Below, in pieces: positions 7,313-14,829 of a stretch of DNA of 33,474 bases (within the stretch, counting starts at the first letter, position 1; every line of letters begins with the position of its first letter). The notes under the pieces are model-generated. The model saw only the letters and a program-made list of their open reading frames with translations, was not told where the DNA came from and ran no database searches. Made by a program: the position numbers and the translations under genes. This DNA is from a virus, in IMG/VR virus record IMGVR_UViG_3300025528_000004; one strand, written 5' to 3'.

Positions 7313-7972
7313 ATGACGGTTGGAGAACGTATCGCAAAGCTAAGAGCGGACTTGGGGTTGTCCCAGTCCGAGCTGGCTCGTCGCGCCAATGTTTCTCAGG
7401 CTACCATAGCGAAGTTGGAGAAGGGGTTTACCTCGGGCTCTTCTCACCTGCACCGGATTGCTCGTGAGTTGAGAACCACCCCTGAGTATCTAACGGGCGA
7501 AACGGACGATCCGGCCGAAGGTGCATTGCCTGCTCCGACCCCGGCGCTGCTGTCAGAGCAGCTTGGGGTCGTTGAGATCAAGGAAATCGATCTCACTTAC
7601 GGCATGGGTGCCTGTTACCTTGATGTGCCAGTGACAACGGAAAGTCGGCATTTCTCGCTGGCGTGGGTGCGCCTTTATACAAACAGCAGCCCTGACAAGT
7701 TGTTCTTTGCCCGTGGCATTGGCGATTCCATGGCGCCGACCTTGCTCGATTCAGACATGGTGCTCATTGATACCGCGCAGCAGACCCCGCGCATGGGGGA
7801 TCAGATCTGGGCCATTGCCTATGGGCAGGTTGGCATGATCAAGCGCCTGCGCCCGATGCCGGACGGCTCGGTGAAGATTCTCTCCGACAACGACCGCGTC
7901 CCCCCCGAAATCGCCGTAGATGGCGAAATGCATATCATCGGCCGCGTCGTCGCCGTGATCCGGAAGTTGTAA
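7313..7972 (+). CDS. LexA/CI-like repressor 1 (XRE HTH + S24 peptidase)
   Basis: HTH LSQSELARRANVSQATIAKLEKG. S24 Ser-Lys dyad in GDSMAPT ... GMIKRL. Confidence 0.9.
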   Translation: MTVGERIAKLRADLGLSQSELARRANVSQATIAKLEKGFTSGSSHLHRIARELRTTPEYLTGETDDPAEGALPAPTPALLSEQLGVVEIKEIDLTYGMGACYLDVPVTTESRHFSLAWVRLYTNSSPDKLFFARGIGDSMAPTLLDSDMVLIDTAQQTPRMGDQIWAIAYGQVGMIKRLRPMPDGSVKILSDNDRVPPEIAVDGEMHIIGRVVAVIRKL

Positions 7973-8018
7973 GGGTTTGCGCCTTGGCTCTGGCGATTGA
8001 AACTGGGAAAGAGCGGGC

Positions 8019-8696
8019 ATGGTCAGGCGAGGGTTAATCCAGCCTGATAGGTTTCGCGAGCGCCTTGAAGCCGCTGGCTTCTCACAATCGGCCTTGGCGC
8101 GCAGAATCGGGATTACGCAAGCAAGCATCGCGAGGCTGGCGTTAGGAACAAGTGCCGGTTCAAAGTATCTGCACAAAATAGCCCGCGAGCTCGGCACCAC
8201 GCCTGAGTATTTGACCGGTGAAATCGACGATCCGACCGCAGGGGCCTTGCCTGCACCAACGCCGGAGCAGATTGCGGAGCAGCTGGGTGCGGTTCTTGTG
8301 CCCGAACTGGCGCTCGGTTGCTTCACAGGCGGGGGATCGGTCTTCTCTGAGTTTCAGCAAACGGGTGTTGTGCCGTTCCAGAAAGCTTGGCTGCGCGGCC
8401 GGACGGGCGGCTGCTTCTCTGACCTGTTCGTAGCACGGGGCGAGGGGGACTCCATGGAGCCGACCCTGCGCGACGGCGACATCATCCTGATCGACACCAG
8501 CCTGAAAGAGATCAACCGGCAGGATGCCATCTGGGCGCTGTCCTACGGCGAACTCGGGATGATCAAGCGGGTCCGCAAGCTGCCGACGGGCGGCTATCAG
8601 ATCAACAGCGATAACCGTTCGGTAAGCCCCATTGAGGCATACGACGGCGAGATGCACGTCATCGGCCGCGTCATCTGGATTGGCCGGTGGGTTTGA
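8019..8696 (+). CDS. LexA/CI-like repressor 2, tandem paralogue (XRE HTH + S24 peptidase)
   Basis: HTH FSQSALARRIGITQASIARL. GDSMEPT ... GMIKRV. Shares the linker TTPEYLTGE.DDP..GALPAPTP with repressor 1. Confidence 0.9.
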   Translation: MVRRGLIQPDRFRERLEAAGFSQSALARRIGITQASIARLALGTSAGSKYLHKIARELGTTPEYLTGEIDDPTAGALPAPTPEQIAEQLGAVLVPELALGCFTGGGSVFSEFQQTGVVPFQKAWLRGRTGGCFSDLFVARGEGDSMEPTLRDGDIILIDTSLKEINRQDAIWALSYGELGMIKRVRKLPTGGYQINSDNRSVSPIEAYDGEMHVIGRVIWIGRWV

Positions 8697-8831
8697 ATCG
8701 ATCGGGGGAATAGATCCAGCAAATTATTAACGATACCTCGGGGGGGGGTAATGGGTAAAAAGTGCACCATTCAGTATCGTTACGTGAATGCCAGTGAATT
8801 GAACGATGGTTTTAGGGTCCGGACCCTAGAA

Positions 8832-8906
8832 TCAGCTTACCGTCTCCATCCGCAGATTCGTGCTAAATCCACCGTTGCTGTCGAGGCGGTGGCTGACCTT
8901 GGTGGC
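8832..8906 (-). pseudogene. Remnant of the 3' end of a diverged gene D (last 24 codons plus stop)
   Basis: Minus-strand frame reads ATKVSHRLDSNGGFSTNLRMETVS*, against the resident D C-terminus ITEVSHRLDSNGGFTTDLRMETAP*. An in-frame TAG lies just upstream, so only the tail survives. Confidence 0.7.
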
Positions 8907-8931
8907 CAGCTACATATCGGCGTCGGCCAAG

Positions 8932-8979
8932 TGTAAGGCAATGGTTGACATATCGTGATGTGTAAGCTATTGCCTTACA
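8932..8979 (+). promoter_or_regulatory. higBA promoter/operator: 11-bp inverted repeat TGTAAGGCAAT ... ATTGCCTTACA flanking TTGACA
   Basis: Inverted-repeat arms at 8932..8942 and 8969..8979. TTGACA at 8945..8950, with TATTGC 17 nt downstream. The right arm ends 1 nt before the higB ATG. Confidence 0.55.
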
Positions 8980-8980
8980 T

Positions 8981-9256
8981 ATGATCAGGTCGTTTCGCAG
9001 CAAGGCTCTCAGACTCTTCGCCGAAAGGGGCGATGCTTCCAAGCTGAGTGTTCCCAACACGGACCGCATCCGTCGCATTCTGGCGCGTCTGGATGCATCG
9101 ACCAAGCCGGAGGACATGAACCTGCCGGGCTTCCGCTTTCATGGCCTGCAAGGCAACCCCAAGCGCTACGCGATTAATGCCAGCGGCAACTGGCGGGTCA
9201 CTTTCGGTTGGGAGGATGGCGATGCGATCGACGTGGATCTGGAAGATTACCATTGA
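8981..9256 (+). CDS. higB: HigB-type toxin (RelE/ParE superfamily, plasmid maintenance killer)
   Basis: 91 aa. MIRSFRSKALRLFAERGDASKL...NWRVTFGWEDGDAIDVDLEDYH is the classic HigB pattern. Confidence 0.9.
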   Translation: MIRSFRSKALRLFAERGDASKLSVPNTDRIRRILARLDASTKPEDMNLPGFRFHGLQGNPKRYAINASGNWRVTFGWEDGDAIDVDLEDYH

Positions 9257-9267
9257 GGAGAGGTTTG

Positions 9268-9576
9268 ATGAGCAATCTGCTGCTGGCTGGCCTTCAGCCC
9301 ACTCATCCGGGCGAACTGTTGCGCGAGGACGTGCTGCCTGCATTGGGCCGCTCCAAGGCGGAAATCGCCCGCCTGCTCAAGGTGTCGCGCCAGACGCTTT
9401 ATGATGTGCTGCGCGAGAGGCAGCCGATCACTACAGCCCTTGCACTGAAGATCGGAAAGCTGACCGGCACCACGCCGGAATCGTGGCTGAACATGCAGCA
9501 CGCCTATGATCTGGCGATTGCCGAGCGCCAGATCGGTGCGGAGCTGGACGACATTCCAACGCTTTCCGCGATCTGA
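9268..9576 (+). CDS. higA: HigA-type antitoxin (XRE HTH)
   Basis: Start at MSNLLLAGLQPTHPGELLRED behind GAGGAGAGG. HTH KAEIARLLKVSRQTLYDVLRERQPIT. Confidence 0.9.
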   Translation: MSNLLLAGLQPTHPGELLREDVLPALGRSKAEIARLLKVSRQTLYDVLRERQPITTALALKIGKLTGTTPESWLNMQHAYDLAIAERQIGAELDDIPTLSAI

Positions 9577-9591
9577 CGGCGAGGGGGCGCT

Positions 9592-9885
9592 ATGGAAATG
9601 AGAGTGGCCTACCCTGCCATCATCGAGCGCGCCGAAGATGGTTACAGCGTGTTCTTTCCCGATCTTCCGGGGTGCGCGTCGGCGGGAAGCAGCTTCAATG
9701 AGGCGGAAAGAGTTGCTGAAGAAGCCTTATCTGCGCATCTTTCCTTGATGATCGAGCAGGGGGAAAAGGTGCCTGCACCCAGCCGCCTTTCTGATCTGCC
9801 GCATGACGCGGAGGTTGATGAAGCGGTCCGAGTGGTTGTGCACTGCACTGTCACGGCGCGGTCTCCATCCGCAGGTCGGTGGTGA
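9592..9885 (+). CDS. Orphan HicB-like (UPF0150) antitoxin-domain protein lacking a DNA-binding tail
   Basis: MEMRVAYPAIIERAEDGYSVFFPDLPGCASAGSSFNEAERVAEEALSAHLSLMIEQGEKVPAPS is a HicB N-domain. No hicA adjacent. The last 35 nt run antisense into the gene D 3' end. Confidence 0.7.
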   Translation: MEMRVAYPAIIERAEDGYSVFFPDLPGCASAGSSFNEAERVAEEALSAHLSLMIEQGEKVPAPSRLSDLPHDAEVDEAVRVVVHCTVTARSPSAGRW

Positions 9886-10861
9886 AGCCGCCGTTGCTGT
9901 CGAGGCGGTGGCTGACCTCGGTGATGAGCCATGTGGCAGCGTCAATCTCGGGCTTGAAGCCGCTGACCTTGACCCGCTGTTCGGGGTAGGCGTCGGGTCG
10001 GCCGAAGGCGAGCTGGAGATCAAGTGTGGCAGGCGAGCGCTTGAGGCGGTCGCGCTCGGCAAGGGCGGCGCGTTTGGCCTCGGCCTCGCTGGCGAAGGTG
10101 CGGCGCAGGCGCTTGGCTCCCTGTTTTTCCCCGACCGTCACCGATTGACGTTTGGCTTCGCCTGTGTCGTGCCAGTAGGCGGTAACGCCGGGTTGCTCGT
10201 CCTGCGTCTGGCGGGTCCAGCGGTGCCGGTCGCCATCCTTGCGGTGGAGAGAGAGCAGAGGGATGGGCTTGCCGCCCGGCGTTGTCCCGGCTCCCTTGCG
10301 CGTGAAGATCAGGCATCCGGCCTTGATGGTGGCAACGGCGTCATGCTCTGTCCCTAAGCGGCGGAGCAGGGCGGTGTCGCTCTCCCGGCTCTGGCAGAGT
10401 GTCGGCACGGCAACGGTGGCCAGTTCCGGCGCGATGCGGGCGGAGAGGCCATTGCGCCCGGCGATGTCGCTCAGCACTGCGCCCAGCGTCGTCTCGTGCC
10501 AGCTCTGCTCGCGGCGCAGGCGCAGGTCGCGGGTGAAGTCGGCCGAGCGGGCGCGCAGGGTGATGGTGTCCGGTGGACCGGAGTGCTCGATCTCATCCAC
10601 CTTGAAGCTGCCCTTGCCAACCAGCCCCGGCGTCACATCACGGCCCTGCTTCCAGCCGATCGCCAGCGTCAGCACCGCGCCGGGACGGGGCAGGGCAAGG
10701 CCGCCGTCGGTGTCTTCGAGTACAATGTCCAGCTGGTCCGCCTCCTCGTCGCGCTTCTCGGACAGGGAGAGCGAGACCAGGCGAGGGCGCAGCTTGCCGG
10801 TCAGATCCTGCCCTTCCAGCGTCACCCGCCAGTCGGGCACGTTGTGCCGGTATTCGGTCAT
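9851..10861 (-). CDS. D: Tail protein D (late control D family)
   Basis: 336 aa at the P2 position after U. N-terminus MTEYRHNVPDWRVTLEGQDLTGKLRPRLVSLSLSEKRDEEADQLDI is typical of gpD. Confidence 0.95.
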   Translation of the reverse strand: MTEYRHNVPDWRVTLEGQDLTGKLRPRLVSLSLSEKRDEEADQLDIVLEDTDGGLALPRPGAVLTLAIGWKQGRDVTPGLVGKGSFKVDEIEHSGPPDTITLRARSADFTRDLRLRREQSWHETTLGAVLSDIAGRNGLSARIAPELATVAVPTLCQSRESDTALLRRLGTEHDAVATIKAGCLIFTRKGAGTTPGGKPIPLLSLHRKDGDRHRWTRQTQDEQPGVTAYWHDTGEAKRQSVTVGEKQGAKRLRRTFASEAEAKRAALAERDRLKRSPATLDLQLAFGRPDAYPEQRVKVSGFKPEIDAATWLITEVSHRLDSNGGFTTDLRMETAP

Positions 10862-11265
10862 GCCGCATTCCCCGCTTCATGGTCGGGGTCGTCCACCCGG
10901 AGGAGGTCGAGGGCAAAGTCGATCCGCCGCGGGCAGCCGTCGTCGTGGAAGACCACGTGGCGCTCGTCCAGTGCGGTGATGACGTAGGTGCCGAGCACTG
11001 TGCCGTCACCAGCCACAAGGGGCAGGGCCTCGCCCTGGTCGGCCATCTCGCGCAGGGTTTCGAGGGAGGCGGGCCCGTCCGCAATTTCGGTGTACACCGC
11101 TCCTTGCAGGCAGATGGTTTCCTCGCCTGGGCCGACGAACTGGGTGGCGTCTCGCGCGCCGATACGGCTGGTGCGGGCGTGCCGCCAGTCCGTGCGGCGC
11201 TGGAGTTCGCGGTACGCCAGCGTGGAGATCTCGAAGACAAACAGGCCAAGGGCCATCAGGTGCAT
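10858..11265 (-). CDS. U: Tail protein U
   Basis: Start at MHLMALGLFVFEISTLAYRELQRRTDWRH behind GAGGAGG. Collinear with P2 gpU (MMMVLGLFVF..YQELQ..WRH). The upstream part of the track ORF is off-frame text. Confidence 0.9.
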   Translation of the reverse strand: MHLMALGLFVFEISTLAYRELQRRTDWRHARTSRIGARDATQFVGPGEETICLQGAVYTEIADGPASLETLREMADQGEALPLVAGDGTVLGTYVITALDERHVVFHDDGCPRRIDFALDLLRVDDPDHEAGNAA

Positions 11266-11276
11266 GGTGAGCCTCC

Positions 11277-13766
11277 TCAGCTGTCGCGGTAGGTGCGGCC
11301 CGAGCGTTCCCGCTCGATGCGCTCGATGGCACTGCGCACGGCGCGCTCGATGTCGGCCGGGTTGGAGCCGTTCACGTGGATGGTCAGGTTGTAGGTGTTG
11401 CCGCTGGCCGGCGAAGCAGCAGCCGTCACTGGCGGCAGCTGGGCTGGCGGCGTTGCAACGGCCGGCCCCGCAGCCAGAAGCGTCGGCGCGGTTGCGCCGG
11501 CTGCAAGGGCGCGCGTCAACTGCTCCGACAGGTTGCTCATGCGCGTCAGAGGCTCGCGCGCGCCAGCGCCAAGGCCCAGGTCGAGGCCGGCCATGAGGTC
11601 GGTGCCGATCCCCATGAACACCCGGCTGGGGGAATGAATGCCCAGAGCCTGGCGGATGGGCTCGGGCAGCTTCCGTGCGAGGGCCTTGATCTGGTCGAGC
11701 AGCCATGCGGCCTTGCTGGTGATGCCTTGCCAGAGGCCGTTGATCATTTCCGCACCGAGCGTTGCGAGCCGGTTGGGGATTTCGATGCCGAGCCAGCTCA
11801 GCAGCTTGGCAAACCCGGCGTAGAGGAGGCCAACGGGGGAGAAGTTGATCAGCGTGGCGATGATGCCGCCGATGCCGCTGGAAAAACCCGCCTTGATCTC
11901 GGCCCAGAGCGAGACCCACCAGGTCCTGATGCGGTCCCAGTTGGTGTAGAGATAGAGCGCGGCGGCCGACAGCGCCGCAATGCCGGCCACCACGGCAAGC
12001 ACAATGCCGATCATCGGCAGCATGGCGACGTTGAAGACCCCGGCGATGAACGCGAGCGCCGCAAAGGGGGCGAGCAGGGCGGTGATGGCGAGTGCCAGTC
12101 CGCCAAAGCCGAGCATGACGCCGGACAGAATGCCAGCGATCAACAGCATGCCCCGGACAAGGCGCGGGTTTGCGTTCGCCCAGGCGCGCAGGCGGTTGAA
12201 CAGCGCGCCGCCCTTCCTGGCGAAATCAACAACGGTTGGCAGCAGCTTCTTGCCGAGCGTCATGTTGAGGGCGTTGAACGCATTTCGGGCCAGACCGACC
12301 GCGCCTTCGGTGGTGGCGATGCGGGTCAGGTACTCCTTTTGCATCGAATCGGCGTATCGGCTGGCGTCGCCCACCAGTTCGAGGTTCTTCTCCAGCTGAT
12401 CAAGATTGTTGAGAAGCGGAGAGATCGCAGCGACCGATTCCGATCCGAACAGCTGGGTCAGGATCGAGGCCTGCCTGTCGGCCGACAGGCTTGAGATCCG
12501 CCTCATCACGTCGAGGATGGTGCCGGAGGCGTCCTTCTGCATGGCCTTGGCCACGGCAACAGCATTCAGGCCGAGGGCCTTGAATGCTTCCTTCTGGCTC
12601 TTGGTGGCAGCCGCGCCCTGCGTCAGACGCAAGAGCAGGTTCTTGATGCCAGTGGCGCCGATTTCGGCCTCCACGCCCACCTTGTTCATCAGCTGGGCGA
12701 TGCTGGCAATCTGCGGAGCCGCAAGGCCAGCCACCTTGCCCAGGGGGCCGATGCGGGTGACCATCTCGGTCACCGCCTGCACATTGCCGCCGTAGGTGTT
12801 GGTGAGCGCATTGATCTGGTCGGCGAGATCAACCACGCCCTTCTGGCCGAGGCCGAAGGCGGTGCGCCACTTGGCCATCATTGCACCGGCTTCCTCTGCC
12901 GTGGTGTCGAACGCAATGCCCATCATGGCGGCGTCTTCGGCAAAACCGAGCAGTTCCTCGCGGGCAATGCCTGCGCGCCCAGCCGCGGCGACGATCTGGG
13001 CGAGGCCCTCGGCGGCCATGGGAATACGGGTTGACATGTCGAGGATGTCGTTCCCCATGGCCTCGAAGGCGGCAGGTGTCGGGAAGTCGACGACCTTGCG
13101 CACGTCGGCCATGGCGCTTTCAAACGTCATGGCCTCACCAGTCATGCCGGTCAGCGGAGCGGCAATCGCCATGCCGCCACCGATGGCGGAGGCACCGGCC
13201 AGCGCCGTCTGGCCTGCCACAGCCTGCACCTTGCCGAACGCTTCACGGCCTGCCGCCAGACGTTTCGAGCGGTTGGTGATGGCATCGAGGCGGCGGTTTT
13301 GCTGCTCCAGCACATCGTTGGTCTGGGTGATCTCCTGCCGCAGGCGGCGCTCGTGCTCCGCCAGCTCGCTGGTTGGAATACCGGTTGCCTGCAATCGCTC
13401 GCGCAGTTGCTGAAGCCGAAGGCTTTGCGCCTGGTGCTCTGTCTTCAGGGCCGCTGCGGCGCGCCTGGCGCGTTCGAATTCGGTCTTCAGCTTCTTGGTA
13501 GGCGCGTCTGTGGCCTTCATCTCACGGGCCAGAGCGGTAACCCGCGCCTGCGCGTCCCTCATCGCCCGCTCGGTGCCGCCGATTTCCTGCTTCAGCTTGC
13601 GGAAGGCGGCAACATCGGCTTGCGCCCGGTTGAGTTCCTGGAGTTTGCTCCGGGTCTCCTTGAGCGCCTTCGTGGCCGCGCTTGATCCGCCCGTGATCTC
13701 GCGCAGGGGCTGCGTGACCTTGTCGAGGGCTTCAAAGAGCACGCGAAGGCGCAGGTTGCGGTCCAT
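11277..13766 (-). CDS. T: Tail tape measure protein T
   Basis: 829 aa. Coiled-coil N-terminus, central hydrophobic block, position between E/E' and U. Confidence 0.95.
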   Translation of the reverse strand: MDRNLRLRVLFEALDKVTQPLREITGGSSAATKALKETRSKLQELNRAQADVAAFRKLKQEIGGTERAMRDAQARVTALAREMKATDAPTKKLKTEFERARRAAAALKTEHQAQSLRLQQLRERLQATGIPTSELAEHERRLRQEITQTNDVLEQQNRRLDAITNRSKRLAAGREAFGKVQAVAGQTALAGASAIGGGMAIAAPLTGMTGEAMTFESAMADVRKVVDFPTPAAFEAMGNDILDMSTRIPMAAEGLAQIVAAAGRAGIAREELLGFAEDAAMMGIAFDTTAEEAGAMMAKWRTAFGLGQKGVVDLADQINALTNTYGGNVQAVTEMVTRIGPLGKVAGLAAPQIASIAQLMNKVGVEAEIGATGIKNLLLRLTQGAAATKSQKEAFKALGLNAVAVAKAMQKDASGTILDVMRRISSLSADRQASILTQLFGSESVAAISPLLNNLDQLEKNLELVGDASRYADSMQKEYLTRIATTEGAVGLARNAFNALNMTLGKKLLPTVVDFARKGGALFNRLRAWANANPRLVRGMLLIAGILSGVMLGFGGLALAITALLAPFAALAFIAGVFNVAMLPMIGIVLAVVAGIAALSAAALYLYTNWDRIRTWWVSLWAEIKAGFSSGIGGIIATLINFSPVGLLYAGFAKLLSWLGIEIPNRLATLGAEMINGLWQGITSKAAWLLDQIKALARKLPEPIRQALGIHSPSRVFMGIGTDLMAGLDLGLGAGAREPLTRMSNLSEQLTRALAAGATAPTLLAAGPAVATPPAQLPPVTAAASPASGNTYNLTIHVNGSNPADIERAVRSAIERIERERSGRTYRDS

Positions 13767-13775
13767 GGGTGGTCC

Positions 13776-14224
13776 TTACATGGCAGGGGGCTTGGCGCGC
13801 GCGGCGGCGCGGGAATGCCAGGCCATCAGTTCGCTGATGGCCATGGTGTCCATCTCCGAGAGAGGCCAGTGAAAGACGGCGGCGATGTCTGCCATCACCT
13901 CGTCTAGGCTGCCGGCAAGGCCGCCTTCACCCGCTTCGGCAGCAAAAAATCCACCACCTCAGCGCCCAGCTGCATCAGGTCGGAGGGGTCGAGATTGGCC
14001 ACATCCTGTTTGGTGAGCGGCGGCGTGGTGATGCGCGGCAGCAGGCTTTCGAGCGCGCTGTATTCCAGCTCGCTCAGATTGCGCAGGTTGAGGCCACGCA
14101 GCTCGCCGGCGCGCGGGCGGCGGACTTCCACCGTGGCGATGGTGGAGTCGCCGCGCGTCAGCGGCTGATCGAGGGTCACGGTGCGGATATCGGACGCGGC
14201 TGGGGCGGCAGAGGTGTCGGTCAT
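13776..14224 (-). CDS. Tail assembly chaperone E+E' (programmed -1 frameshift product)
   Basis: Slip at T_TTT_TTG. The -1 frame stays open to TAA (13776..13778), giving ..FFAAEAGEGGLAGSLDEVMADIAAVFHWPLSEMDTMAISELMAWHSRAAARAKPPAM, and ends 9 nt before the T start. Confidence 0.75.
13904..14224 (-). CDS. E: Tail assembly chaperone E
   Basis: 106 aa. LRGLNLRNLSELEYSALESLLPRITTPPLTKQDVANLDPSDLMQLGAEVVDFLLP is collinear with P2 gpE. Confidence 0.9.
   Translation of the reverse strand: MTDTSAAPAASDIRTVTLDQPLTRGDSTIATVEVRRPRAGELRGLNLRNLSELEYSALESLLPRITTPPLTKQDVANLDPSDLMQLGAEVVDFLLPKRVKAALPAA
13943..13949 (-). other. Slippery heptamer T_TTT_TTG for the E/E' -1 frameshift
   Basis: Plus strand CAAAAAA. 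Zero frame GAT TTT TTG was verified against the E translation (..VDFLLPK..). As I recall, P2 uses the same heptamer. Confidence 0.75.
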
Positions 14225-14253
14225 GAAAGTCTCCTTGGCTCAGGCAGAAAGAT

Positions 14254-14272
14254 GCCCCGGCCGGGCCGGGGC
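14254..14272 (-). terminator. GC hairpin between FII and E (possible attenuator)
   Basis: GCCCCGGCC-G-GGCCGGGGC. On the minus-strand transcript it is followed by ATCTTTCTG. Lies in the 62-nt FII-E gap. Confidence 0.35.
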
Positions 14273-14286
14273 GAGGGTGGGAAGGA

Positions 14287-14799
14287 TCAGAAGAAGCCCA
14301 GGGCGTTTCGTCGCCCGGCCATCACATCGACGCCGTTGATGATCTGGACCATGTTGAGCACGTCGATTTCGAACTCGGTTCGGCCGTTCCAGATCTCCTT
14401 GTAGTAGACGCAGGAGGTCTTGACCTTGAACTCGCCGGGTTCGCCAGTCTTGGCCTCGCCGCGGTCGATTTCGTCATGACGGCCGCGCATGATGACCTCG
14501 ACGGTGTCATATGCGCCGGTGTCCTGCTGCTGGTACGCGCCGACAAAGCGCATGTAGACGCCGGCGATGCCGATGACGCCGAACTGCCGCAGGATGTCGC
14601 GCATCGGGCCGCCATAGGTGTGTTCCAGCTCGATGGCTTCGAGCCCCATGTCCAGCTTCACGGGGGCAAACATCCCGCCGCCGCGCCACTCTTCGGTCTT
14701 GCGGGTGAGCTTGGGCAGGGTGATGCTGGTGACCTGTCCCATGTAGGACTGGCCTTCGTTGAACAGCATCATGTCGGTGAGAATGCGGGGCAGTGCCAT
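14287..14799 (-). CDS. FII: Major tail tube protein FII
   Basis: MALPRILTDMMLFNEGQSYMGQVTSITLPKLTRKTEEWRGGGM is collinear with P2 FII (MALPRKLKLMNVFLNG..LPKLTRK). Confidence 0.95.
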   Translation of the reverse strand: MALPRILTDMMLFNEGQSYMGQVTSITLPKLTRKTEEWRGGGMFAPVKLDMGLEAIELEHTYGGPMRDILRQFGVIGIAGVYMRFVGAYQQQDTGAYDTVEVIMRGRHDEIDRGEAKTGEPGEFKVKTSCVYYKEIWNGRTEFEIDVLNMVQIINGVDVMAGRRNALGFF

Positions 14800-14829
14800 G
14801 CAGAGGCTCCTTCAAATGTGCGGCCGGGG

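Noticed and set aside
8751-8936. 61-aa ORF (MGKKCTIQYRY...) after the G9 tract
   Set aside because: Its second half is simply the antisense of the gene D remnant, and it ends inside the higBA operator. It has no recognisable fold or motif. Kept only as context for the G-tract observation.
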